Shown here piece by piece: positions 18,551-27,314 of a stretch of 64,000 nt of DNA. Origin of the DNA: Myxococcales bacterium (GTDB lineage Bacteria > Myxococcota_A > Polyangia > Polyangiales > Polyangiaceae); NCBI GenBank assembly GCA_947473045.1, contig CANJCO010000013.1, forward strand, positions 14,038-78,037. Reading direction: 5' to 3'. Numbering within the stretch: position 1 is the stretch's first letter; each line of letters starts with the position of its first letter. The notes beneath the pieces were generated by a model, which saw only the letters and a list, made by a program, of their open reading frames with translations, was not told where the DNA came from and searched no databases. A program made the position numbers and the translations under genes.

Positions 18551-19564
18551 ATGCGACGAACCTTGCTCGTGACTGTGGTGGTTTTGGGCGCGCTTTCGCC
18601 CGGAGTTTCGCTCGCGTCCGAACCGGCTCCGAGCGTCGACCGAATCAAGTCCGCCGCCGGTGAATACGACGCAGGAAGGCGTGCGTTCACCGATAAGCAC
18701 TTCGAAGAAGCGGCCGTGCATTTCGAAAACGCCTACCGCGACGCTCCGAACGCTCAAACGCTGCGAAGCGCGATGCGGGCCCGCAGACAGGCGGGACAGC
18801 TCGCTCGCGCGTCGACCCTCGCGGCGCTCGCGCAGCTGAAATACGCTTCCGACGCGCCAACGGCTGCCGCGAGCCGCGAGACGCTGGCCGAGGCGGAGCC
18901 CAAGTTGCAGAGGCTCACGGTTGCCTGCGATCCCGAGTGCGGCATTGCGTCCGACGGTCGCATCGCGACGATTGAAGACGGCGTCAAACACACGCTCTAC
19001 CTTGAGGCCGGGTCTCACGCGGTGGTCGTAAGCTGGGCCGGTGATCGCTCGAAAGAGCTGCGCGTTGACGCGAAGGCGGGCGGCAAGCAGGACCTCGTGC
19101 TCGCTGCGCCGCCGATGCCCGTCGCTCCGCCGCCGCCTCCCGTCGCCACGGTCGCTCTGCAGCCATCGGGAGCGCTTCCCGGAGCGCCGGCCGCGCCGCC
19201 GCAACCTGAGAAGCCGCTTCCTCCGGCGGTTTTTTTCGCGGGGCTCGGGCTCACGGTGGCTTCGGCGAGCGTGCTCGTCTGGTCCGGAATCGACACGGTG
19301 AACAATCCGGGCGTCGATGCCGTGCGTGCGCAATGCATCAATCAGGGCGAGAGCTGCGCGGCTTACCAAACGGGGCGAAGTTCTCAGCTTCGCACCAACG
19401 TTCTCATCGGCGTCACAGCAGGCGTTTTCGCGATCACCGGCGTGGTCGGGCTGCTGTTTACCCGCTGGACGCCGCGGGCGAAGGAGCCGCTGGCTGCCGG
19501 CCTTTCGCCGTCGTTCGCGCTCTCGCCGCAGGGCGGAGCGATCGGCCTGTCGGGAGCCTTCTAA
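18551..19564 (+). CDS. Membrane protein: signal peptide, helical (TPR-like) region, beta-rich PEGA-like segment, Pro-rich linker, two C-terminal TM helices
   Basis: ATG 18551 is preceded by GGAGG (18540-18544). MRRTLLVTVVVLGALSPGVSLA signal, a PPMPVAPPPPPVA linker, and hydrophobic stretches FFAGLGLTVASASVLVW and VLIGVTAGVFAITGVVGLLF. Confidence 0.65.
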   Translation: MRRTLLVTVVVLGALSPGVSLASEPAPSVDRIKSAAGEYDAGRRAFTDKHFEEAAVHFENAYRDAPNAQTLRSAMRARRQAGQLARASTLAALAQLKYASDAPTAAASRETLAEAEPKLQRLTVACDPECGIASDGRIATIEDGVKHTLYLEAGSHAVVVSWAGDRSKELRVDAKAGGKQDLVLAAPPMPVAPPPPPVATVALQPSGALPGAPAAPPQPEKPLPPAVFFAGLGLTVASASVLVWSGIDTVNNPGVDAVRAQCINQGESCAAYQTGRSSQLRTNVLIGVTAGVFAITGVVGLLFTRWTPRAKEPLAAGLSPSFALSPQGGAIGLSGAF

Positions 19565-19731
19565 TGCGCGATCGAATCGTCCGCTCGCCCAAAATGAGCT
19601 AGACTGATTGGGCGATCGGCCTCGCGTCGGTTGGACACGAAGAGGGCATCCTGACCAAGTTCCTGACCGACGACGCCGCCGCGCGGTACCTCGATCGCTT
19701 CGAGCTCATCGCTGAGCTTGCGAGTGGGGGT

Positions 19732-21192
19732 ATGGCCACGGTCTACCTCGCCAGATTGTCGGGAGCCGGCGGTTTTCAGCGTTTTGTCGCTATTAAACGG
19801 CTGCATCCGCACTTGGCGGGCGACACCGATTTCATCGAGATGTTTCTCGACGAGGCGCGCCTCGCGGCCCGGTTGCACCATCCCAACGTCGTGCCGATCG
19901 TCGAAATAGGCGAGAGCGACGAGGGGTACTACCTCGTGATGGAATACATCGAAGGCGACACGCTCGCGCGCCTCCTCGCGCGCTCGGGTCAGTCCGGGCA
20001 GCCGCTGCCGACGGGCGCCGGTGTACGCATTATTCTCGATACCCTGGCCGGCCTCGAAGCGGCCCACGAGCTTTGCGGCGACGACGGCAGCCCCCTCAAC
20101 ATCGTTCACCGCGACGTCTCACCGCAAAATATTCTGATCGGCCTCGACGGCAGCGCCCGCATTACCGATTTTGGCGTCGCGCGCGCGGCCACGCGCCTGT
20201 CGACGACGCGCACGGGGCAGCTCAAGGGAAAGCTCGCCTACATGGCGCCCGAGCAGGCGCGCGGCTCGGACGTCGATCGGCGCGCCGACGTGTTCGCCCT
20301 TGGCATTGTGCTTTGGGAGACGCTCGCTCAGCGCCGGCTCTTCAAGGGCGACGCCGAGGCCGAGACGCTCAACCGCGTGCTCTACGAGCCGATTCCGCTG
20401 GTTCGATCGGCGAGTCCGAACGTCCCGGCTGCGCTCGAAGCGGTTTGCGCCAAGGCGCTCGAGCGCGATCCGTCCGCCCGTTTTCAGTCGTGCTCCGAAA
20501 TGGCCGACGCCCTCGAGCGCGAGGCGCGCGTGGCGGGGCTTCTCGGATCGCACAAAGACGTCGCGGCGCACCTGTCCACGGTGATGGGCACCGACATCTC
20601 CCAGCAGCGCGACGCGATGCGCGCGTGGCTTGCGCGGAGCGAGCCGAGTCGTCCGCGAGAGCTGCGCCAGGTATCGGGCCCGATTTCGGGCGTGAAGCAG
20701 CTCGACAGCGGCCCGCCGCGGATGATGTCGCCGACTCCGGTCACATCGCGATCAGGCCTGAAATCGGGCATTTCGAGCGTATCGGCAGCGGCGCTCGAAG
20801 TCTCTCCGGAGTTCGCCGAGTCGTCGTCGGCGGCGCCCCGCCGGTCGCGAACGGCGGTTTGGATCGGTCTCGCGGTCGCCGTCGTCGTGGTCGTATGCGG
20901 GGCCTCGTTTTACGGTTACACGCGCTCGGGCAGCACGCCGGCAGCGGCGCCTCCGTCGGCGAGCGCCTCCGCCGTCGCGCCCACGAACGCGCCCGCCGCG
21001 GTCATCGATTCGGGGCCCGCGCCGGCGGCTACGTTGGCCCCCCCGAGCGCGTCGGCGAGCGCGGCGCCCACCGCGAAGTCTCCGACAGGGCACGCCGGCT
21101 CGCTACACGCCGCACCGAAGCCCTCCGCCACGCAGAAAGTCGCGCCCGTCGGCGATCCCGACGACATGTCCAACAACCCGTACCGCCAGTGA
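19732..21192 (+). CDS. Hanks-type Ser/Thr protein kinase, single-pass membrane anchored
   Basis: VAIKRL, HRDVSPQNILI, DFGVA, MAPEQ. TM helix VWIGLAVAVVVVVCGASFYGY followed by an Ala/Pro-rich tail. Kinase-like sequence continues upstream of the ATG to 19603 (see finding). Confidence 0.85.
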   Translation: MATVYLARLSGAGGFQRFVAIKRLHPHLAGDTDFIEMFLDEARLAARLHHPNVVPIVEIGESDEGYYLVMEYIEGDTLARLLARSGQSGQPLPTGAGVRIILDTLAGLEAAHELCGDDGSPLNIVHRDVSPQNILIGLDGSARITDFGVARAATRLSTTRTGQLKGKLAYMAPEQARGSDVDRRADVFALGIVLWETLAQRRLFKGDAEAETLNRVLYEPIPLVRSASPNVPAALEAVCAKALERDPSARFQSCSEMADALEREARVAGLLGSHKDVAAHLSTVMGTDISQQRDAMRAWLARSEPSRPRELRQVSGPISGVKQLDSGPPRMMSPTPVTSRSGLKSGISSVSAAALEVSPEFAESSSAAPRRSRTAVWIGLAVAVVVVVCGASFYGYTRSGSTPAAAPPSASASAVAPTNAPAAVIDSGPAPAATLAPPSASASAAPTAKSPTGHAGSLHAAPKPSATQKVAPVGDPDDMSNNPYRQ

Positions 21193-23213
21193 TGCCCGGG
21201 CGTCGGCCTCAACGCTGGCTGCGTGTAGCGTTGCCGGCGGCGGTCGGGCTCGCGAGCGCGCTGGGCGCGTGCTCCGCGTCGCGGGTTCCGGCGATCGATC
21301 CGCGATTTGTTGCAGTGCACAATACGCTCTCTGCGATGGGCCTCGCCCACGTCGGCTCGGTTCAGCAGGGCACGCTGGTCGAAGGCCGCGAGGCCCGGCT
21401 GCCTTTGGAATTGACGCCTCAGTGCGCGACGATCGTGGCCATGGGCGGCGAGGGCGTGCGCGACCTCGATGCGCAGCTCATCGACCCCCGCGGCAACCCC
21501 GTGGCCCATGACGCCACCCACGAGTCGCAGGCCGCGTTGCGGGCGTGTGTCGAGAGCGCGGGCACGTACACCCTTGTCATCAAAATGAGCGCGGGGCAGG
21601 GTGATTTCGTCACGGCGATGTGGAGCGGCAGCGCGCAGCAGGGTGGCTCGCCCGTGAGCGCGCTCGCGGCCGTCGGCGCCGGAACCTGCGAGTCGCCGAT
21701 CGAACTCGGAGTTGGCAGCTTCGCGGGCGACACGTCCCGTGGCCGCGCCGAGCACGACGGCACATGCGCCCAGTCGCGCTCGAAGGAGCTTGTCTACCGC
21801 CTCGAGCTCACATCGCAAAAGCGTGTCGTGATTGAGACCCAATCGAGGTTCGACGCAGTGCTGTATCTGCGCCGCGATGCGTGCGAGTCGCAAGACAGTG
21901 ACGGAGAGATCGCCTGCAACGATGACGCAGGCAGCGACGCACACGCTTCGCGCATCGAAGCCGCGCTCGATCCAGGCGTCTATTACGTTTTCGTCGACGG
22001 CTACGACGACCAGTCAGGCCCGTTTCACATCAAAGTTTCGATGAGCGAGGGCATCGCGGACGCGTGCCGGGCGCCGCGGCCCCTTACGCTCGGATCCGCG
22101 ATGAACGGCTCGAACAGCGGCGGGTTCGACCTCGCGCATGCGAGCTGCGGCGGTGACGCAAAAGGCCGCGATGTTGCGTATCGCCTCGAAGTGGCCCAGC
22201 GCTCACGCGTCCGCGTCGGGCTCCACTCGTCCGAGTTTCCGCCCGTCGTCCACGTTCGCTCGGCCTGCGCCGACGAGCAGTCGGAGCTCAGTTGCGCCGA
22301 CAGCAGCGGCGTCGATGACGAAGCCGCAGTCGCGCGCGTGCTTGACCCCGGCAGCTACTACGTCTTTGCTGATGCCTCTGACGGCAACGCGGAGGGCCAC
22401 TATTCGCTGCTGGCCGAAGCTGCGCCGGAGCAGGGGGTCGGCGTTCCGGGCGACGGATGCGCAGACGCCGATGCGATCGGAGCGTCGACGCCGAGCGTGC
22501 AGGGCGATACGTTCTTCGCGAAGGACGATGTGTCCGGACGCTGCGGAGGCGCGGGGGCGGCCGACGTAGTTTACCGGGTCGATGTCCCGCGCAAAGCCCG
22601 CCTCGCGGCGTCGATGACGCAGCAGGACGGCGAGCACGTCTTCGTGCTCCAGCGAACGTGCGGCGACCGCGCAAGCGAGCTGGCCTGCGGCACGAGCATC
22701 GACAAAACAGTCAATCCCGGCAGCTATTTTCTCGCAGTCGACGGTGCGAGCGCCGATGCGTTCGGTCGCTTCAACTTCGAGTTTTCGCTGACCGATGTGG
22801 CCCCGCGTGAGCTCGCTTGCAAGTCGGCTGCGCTGCTGGTGGACGGTCAGAGCATCTCCTCGACGACCGCAGGACTGGGGCGTCGGTTCACCACGAGTTG
22901 CGGCGGACACATCTCCGCGCAAACCGCCTCGGACAAGCTTTATCGCATTAGCGTCGGGGCCCGCGCGCACGTGCACCTTGCACTCTCGACGACCGGGTGG
23001 GACGGCGTTCTGGCGCTGAGAAAGTCGTGTCTCGAGCCCGATGGGTCGTCTTCGCCGAGAACGGCCGAAGTGGCCTGCAACAACGACTTTGGAGACGAGC
23101 GACATTCGGTGATCGACACAACGATCGACGCTGGTACCTATTTTGTGCTCGTCGCCGGCCACATTTCGGGAAACGAAGGACCGTTTTCTCTCGACTATCG
23201 CGTCGTCCGATAG
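21192..23213 (+). CDS. Lipoprotein with one N-terminal and four tandem Cys-containing PPC-like (pre-peptidase C-terminal-type) beta-sandwich repeats
   Basis: ATG 21192 shares one base with the kinase TGA (21190-21192). Lipobox LASALGAC-S. Each repeat carries VYR[LV]/LYRI ... C..(D/N)D ... DPG.Y(Y/F).(F/L/A).(V/A)DG ... G.F. The ORF-track 5' extension (20073-21191) is rejected. Confidence 0.75.
   Translation: MPGRRPQRWLRVALPAAVGLASALGACSASRVPAIDPRFVAVHNTLSAMGLAHVGSVQQGTLVEGREARLPLELTPQCATIVAMGGEGVRDLDAQLIDPRGNPVAHDATHESQAALRACVESAGTYTLVIKMSAGQGDFVTAMWSGSAQQGGSPVSALAAVGAGTCESPIELGVGSFAGDTSRGRAEHDGTCAQSRSKELVYRLELTSQKRVVIETQSRFDAVLYLRRDACESQDSDGEIACNDDAGSDAHASRIEAALDPGVYYVFVDGYDDQSGPFHIKVSMSEGIADACRAPRPLTLGSAMNGSNSGGFDLAHASCGGDAKGRDVAYRLEVAQRSRVRVGLHSSEFPPVVHVRSACADEQSELSCADSSGVDDEAAVARVLDPGSYYVFADASDGNAEGHYSLLAEAAPEQGVGVPGDGCADADAIGASTPSVQGDTFFAKDDVSGRCGGAGAADVVYRVDVPRKARLAASMTQQDGEHVFVLQRTCGDRASELACGTSIDKTVNPGSYFLAVDGASADAFGRFNFEFSLTDVAPRELACKSAALLVDGQSISSTTAGLGRRFTTSCGGHISAQTASDKLYRISVGARAHVHLALSTTGWDGVLALRKSCLEPDGSSSPRTAEVACNNDFGDERHSVIDTTIDAGTYFVLVAGHISGNEGPFSLDYRVVR
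21687..23204 (+). repeat. Four tandem ~112-129-aa domain repeats at protein level (aa 166-285, 292-409, 423-534, 543-671 of the lipoprotein)
   Basis: Recurrent spacing of Cys pairs plus VYR/LYR and DPG.Y..(V/A)DG motifs. Divergent at DNA level. Confidence 0.7.
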
Positions 23214-23218
23214 CGCCG

Positions 23219-24289
23219 ATGAGCGTTCATCACGAAATCGCCTCCCGTCTGCTCGCCTGGTTTCGCGGCGCGCAGCGTGATCTGCCGTGGCGACGCACGC
23301 GCGACGCCTACGCGATCTGGGTGAGTGAGGTGATGCTGCAACAGACGCGCGTCGACACCGTCATTCCGTATTACGCGCGGTTTTTGGAGGCGTTCCCTTC
23401 GGTCGAGGCGCTGGCGGAGGCGGGCGAGAGCGACGTGCTCGCGCAGTGGAGCGGGCTCGGCTACTACCGGCGCGCGCGAATGCTTCATCAAGGCGCCCAG
23501 ATGCTCGCGGCGAGCTGCGACGGGGTGATTCCGGCGGACGCCAGCGCCCTTGAAGGCGTCCCAGGAATCGGCCGATATACGGCGGGCGCAATCGCGAGCA
23601 TTGCGTTCGGACAGGCGACGCCGCTCGTCGACGGAAACGTGGCGCGCGTCATCGCCCGCTTGTTTGCGCTTCGGCACGACGTTGGCAAGGGCGGCGGGCG
23701 TGAGCGCGTGTGGGAGCTCGCCCGCGAGTTGATCGATGCGCCGGAGGCGACAGCTGACCCGGGTGCGTTCAACCAGTCGCTGATGGAACTCGGCGCGCTC
23801 GTCTGCGTCCCGCGTGAGCCCCGTTGCGAGGCTTGTCCCGTGCGCTCGGCGTGCCGCGCCGACGGCCTCGGTCTCGCGCGTGAGCTGCCGCTCGTGGTCG
23901 CGAAATCGGCCCCGAAAGCGTGGGCCCGCGTTGCGCTCGTGGCGACCGGAGCGGCGGGCGTCCTGCTCGCGCGGCGCGCCTCGACCGCGCTGATGGGAGG
24001 CCTCTGGGAGCCGCCCATGATCGACGCTGCGGGCGAGCCGGAGCGTGCAGCCGTGGCGATCGCGAAGGCCGTCGGAGCGCGCATTTCGGGCCCGCGACGA
24101 GGGCCGGCCGTCAAGCACCTGCTCACCCACCGCCGGATGAACGTCGAGGTTGTGAGCGCCGACCTTGCAACGGCGCGCTTGAGGCGCACCGAGCTGCCCG
24201 CCGAATACGACGCTGTCGCAGTCGCCGCCGACTACGCGCAACTGCCGATGAGCACGCTCGCAAAGAAGCTGCTTGCTCGCGTGGTGTGA
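23219..24289 (+). CDS. mutY: A/G-specific adenine DNA glycosylase
   Basis: WVSEVMLQQTRV, HhH VPGIGRYTAGAI, Fe-S loop CVPREPRCEACPVRSAC, and a NUDIX-like C-terminal domain. ATG 23219 lies 5 nt after the upstream stop. Confidence 0.85.
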   Translation: MSVHHEIASRLLAWFRGAQRDLPWRRTRDAYAIWVSEVMLQQTRVDTVIPYYARFLEAFPSVEALAEAGESDVLAQWSGLGYYRRARMLHQGAQMLAASCDGVIPADASALEGVPGIGRYTAGAIASIAFGQATPLVDGNVARVIARLFALRHDVGKGGGRERVWELARELIDAPEATADPGAFNQSLMELGALVCVPREPRCEACPVRSACRADGLGLARELPLVVAKSAPKAWARVALVATGAAGVLLARRASTALMGGLWEPPMIDAAGEPERAAVAIAKAVGARISGPRRGPAVKHLLTHRRMNVEVVSADLATARLRRTELPAEYDAVAVAADYAQLPMSTLAKKLLARVV

Positions 24290-24345
24290 TTTTTCAGGCC
24301 TCGGACCCTCCGCCGATGTACGCTTGCCGGCGGTAGGTCGAATCG

Positions 24346-25821
24346 TTGACGTCGTCCGCTCCTCCCCCGCGCAAGCTCAGCGCAGCGCCGCCTCCACTCG
24401 AACAACCGCAGCGCCCCGTTCACGTGCTCGTGGTCGACGATGAGCCGGTGCTTCGCCGCAGCCTCGCGCGAATTTTGATGGCTCGCGGGTTCTCGGTCAC
24501 GACGGCCGACGACGGACTCGTCGCCCTCGAGCAAGTAGCGGTGTCGGCGCCGGACGTGATGCTCGTCGACATGATGATGCCGCACGTCACGGGGCTCGAC
24601 GTGCTCCAGCAGGTGAAGGCGCGCTGGCCCGCGATCGAAGTCATCATGATGACCGCCTTCGCCGATGTCGACGCCGCGGTGCGCGCCGTGAAAGCGGGCG
24701 CGTACGACTTCATGACGAAGCCGTTCGCCTCGAACGACGCGGTCGTTATCTCGGTGCAAAAAGCCGCCGAGCACAAGCAGCTGCTCGAACGCGCGACCCG
24801 TCTCGAAGAGCGCCTCCTTTCGCGCGAACGCTTCGGCGAAATGATCGGCACATCGCGCCGCATGCAGTCGGTCTACCGGCTCATCGAGGGCGTGGCGTCG
24901 GCGACCTCGACGGTGCTCATCCTCGGCGAAAGCGGCACCGGAAAAGAGCTCGTCGCCCGGGCGATTCACCAAAATTCTTCGCGCGTCGCGAACGCGTTCG
25001 TGCCTGTCAACTGCGCGGCCATCCCGCGCGAGCTCGTCGAAAGCGAGCTGTTTGGGCACGTACGAGGCGCCTTTACCGGGGCGCAGTCTGCTCGCGCTGG
25101 ACTGTTCGAAGCGGCCAACGGCGGCACGATCTTCCTCGATGAGGTCGGCGATCTGCCGCTCGCTGCCCAGGTCAAGTTGCTCCGAACGCTTCAGGAGGGC
25201 GAGGTCAAGCGTGTCGGCTCCGACGAAGTGCGAACCGTGGACGTACGCGTCGTGGCGGCGACCAACGTCGACCTCAAGAGCAAAATCGAGCAAGGCGAGT
25301 TTCGGCGCGATTTGTTCTACCGCCTGAACGTGATCGCGATTCAGCTTCCGCCGCTGCGCCAGCGCGAAGACGACGTGGTCGTGCTCACCCACCATTTTCT
25401 TCAAAAGCTCGCGCTACGAATGGGCCGGGATCCGAAGCGAATCGGCGCAGACGCGCTCCACATGCTCAAGAGCTACGCGTGGCCCGGAAACGTGCGCGAG
25501 CTCGAGCACGCGATCGAGCATGCCTTCGTGCTGTGTCAGGGCGACACGATCAGCGCGAGCGATCTGCCTTTCGCCCACGATGAGCTCGACGTCCTCGAGC
25601 GGGCCGACGGCGAGCCCGCTTCGGGAGTCGTGGGATGGCCGGGCGACCTGCACCGCCTGCCGTATGCTGACGCCAAACGGCAGGCGATGGCGCTCTTCGA
25701 CGAAATGTACGTTCGCGAGTCGATTCGCCGTTCGAACGGAAACCTCTCGGAGGCGGCGCGAAAGGCGGGCCTCGATCGCTCGAATTTTAGGCGGATTGTC
25801 CGCAAGTTCCGCGCGGATTGA
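24346..25821 (+). CDS. Sigma-54-dependent response regulator (NtrC family enhancer-binding protein)
   Basis: [11 protein letters not shown]...D..MP, AAA+ [14 protein letters not shown] loop, ESELFGH, C-terminal Fis-type [24 protein letters not shown] start at 24346; GTG at 24424 is an alternative. Confidence 0.9.
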   Translation: MTSSAPPPRKLSAAPPPLEQPQRPVHVLVVDDEPVLRRSLARILMARGFSVTTADDGLVALEQVAVSAPDVMLVDMMMPHVTGLDVLQQVKARWPAIEVIMMTAFADVDAAVRAVKAGAYDFMTKPFASNDAVVISVQKAAEHKQLLERATRLEERLLSRERFGEMIGTSRRMQSVYRLIEGVASATSTVLILGESGTGKELVARAIHQNSSRVANAFVPVNCAAIPRELVESELFGHVRGAFTGAQSARAGLFEAANGGTIFLDEVGDLPLAAQVKLLRTLQEGEVKRVGSDEVRTVDVRVVAATNVDLKSKIEQGEFRRDLFYRLNVIAIQLPPLRQREDDVVVLTHHFLQKLALRMGRDPKRIGADALHMLKSYAWPGNVRELEHAIEHAFVLCQGDTISASDLPFAHDELDVLERADGEPASGVVGWPGDLHRLPYADAKRQAMALFDEMYVRESIRRSNGNLSEAARKAGLDRSNFRRIVRKFRAD

Positions 25822-25871
25822 GCGCACGCGCGCCTTTTCGTCGCCTGACACTGTTGGTAGTCTGAGCCCCG

Positions 25872-27308
25872 ATGCTGCGTCGCACGTTCGCCCTTGTTGC
25901 CGTGGCAGGCACGCTCATCTCCAGTCGGTCGCTCGCCGGAGACTTGGATCTCGACAGCGATGAGCCGGTCGCGCCCCCGAAGGCCGCAGCAGCCGCTGTC
26001 GTCCCGAGGCGATCGTTTACGCTCTCGGAGTGTCTCGAGCTCGCGGATCGGAATCACCCGCATTTGTGGGCGGCGCGCGCGCGGGTCGGGCAGGCGCATG
26101 CTCAGCTCGAAGAGGCGAAATGGCTGCCTTTTTGGCAGTGGTCGGCGCAGGCGGGGGGAGGCGTCGCGCCGCAAATCGGCGGTACCGTGCTCTACAATAC
26201 GAGCGCCTCGCCCACGGCCCTCAATCCTGGTTCGCTCAGCGGTTACGAGCCGTTTTTTACGTTCTCCATTTCTGGCGTCGTGCCCCTCTATACGTTCGGC
26301 AAGATCACCGCTGGGCGCGAGGCCGCCGTCGCCAACGTGCGCGTCCAGGAGTGGGACATGGAAAAAAACCGCGCGCTGGTGCGCATGGATGTGCGACGCG
26401 CATTCCTCGGCACGATGGCGGCGCGCGACGCCCGCTATCTCACGTCGGATATTCTTTCGAAGATCGACAACGCGATTGCGGGAATCGACAAGCATCTGGC
26501 CAAAGGAGACGCAGGGTTCGATGAAATCGACAAAATGCGTCTGCTCGTTTACCGCGATCAGGTGCTCGCGCGGGGCGGTGAATCCGACAAGAGCGAAGCC
26601 TACGCGATGGCCGCCCTCCGGTTTTTTACAGGCGTTCAAACCGACTTCGATATTCCCGACAAACCGCTCGAGCGGCCCAATCGCGTCCTCGGTCCGGAGG
26701 TCGAATACCTGACCGCAGCGAGGCTGTATCGGGCGGAGGTCAATCAGGCGCGTGCGGGTATCGTCGCGCGCCAGGCCCAGCTCGATTTGCAGCGCGCGCG
26801 GTTTTTTCCCGATATCGGTGTTCAGCTCGGCGCCAACTACAACAGCTATCCGAGCGTGGTCTCGCAAAACAGCTTTTGGGTCGCCAACAGCGGTCTTAAT
26901 TCATTCGGATTCGGCGTGGGCGTCGGCGCCCGGTGGAATCTCGATTTGCTTCCCAACGCCGCGCGTGTGGCGATGGCGGAGGCGCAGCTGGAAGAGACGC
27001 GCGCGCTGGCCCGTTTCGCCCTCGGCGGCGTCGCCGTGGAGGTCGAGTCCGTGTACGCAAACACCGTCGAGGCCCGCAAGCGCGAGGAGATGTGGGCTCG
27101 CCTCGAACATCGAACGAAGGAATGGATCGTCACCGTCCAAGACGCGATCGACCTCGGTACGAAGGACGAGCGCGCTTTGCTCGAGCCCCTGCGCACGTTC
27201 GTCGACGCGCGCATCAATCACCTCTGGTCGCTCTACGACAGCAACCTCACGATGAGCGATCTGGCCCGCGTTACGGGCTGGGACGCTGCCGCCCCAAGCC
27301 TCGATTGA
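25872..27308 (+). CDS. TolC-family outer membrane efflux protein
   Basis: Signal peptide, then LSECLELADRNHPHLWAARARVGQAHAQLEEA and a second OEP-type repeat in the C-terminal half. Confidence 0.8.
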   Translation: MLRRTFALVAVAGTLISSRSLAGDLDLDSDEPVAPPKAAAAAVVPRRSFTLSECLELADRNHPHLWAARARVGQAHAQLEEAKWLPFWQWSAQAGGGVAPQIGGTVLYNTSASPTALNPGSLSGYEPFFTFSISGVVPLYTFGKITAGREAAVANVRVQEWDMEKNRALVRMDVRRAFLGTMAARDARYLTSDILSKIDNAIAGIDKHLAKGDAGFDEIDKMRLLVYRDQVLARGGESDKSEAYAMAALRFFTGVQTDFDIPDKPLERPNRVLGPEVEYLTAARLYRAEVNQARAGIVARQAQLDLQRARFFPDIGVQLGANYNSYPSVVSQNSFWVANSGLNSFGFGVGVGARWNLDLLPNAARVAMAEAQLEETRALARFALGGVAVEVESVYANTVEARKREEMWARLEHRTKEWIVTVQDAIDLGTKDERALLEPLRTFVDARINHLWSLYDSNLTMSDLARVTGWDAAAPSLD

Positions 27309-27314
27309 GACGGG

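Noticed and set aside
20073-21191. 5' extension of the PPC-repeat lipoprotein ORF, overlapping the kinase gene in another frame. Similar extensions are 22997..23218 for mutY and 37250..37861 for the ECF sigma ORF.
   Set aside because: The extensions are Arg-rich nonsense overlapping well-supported genes. Internal starts give proper signal peptides or family N-termini and tidy gene junctions.
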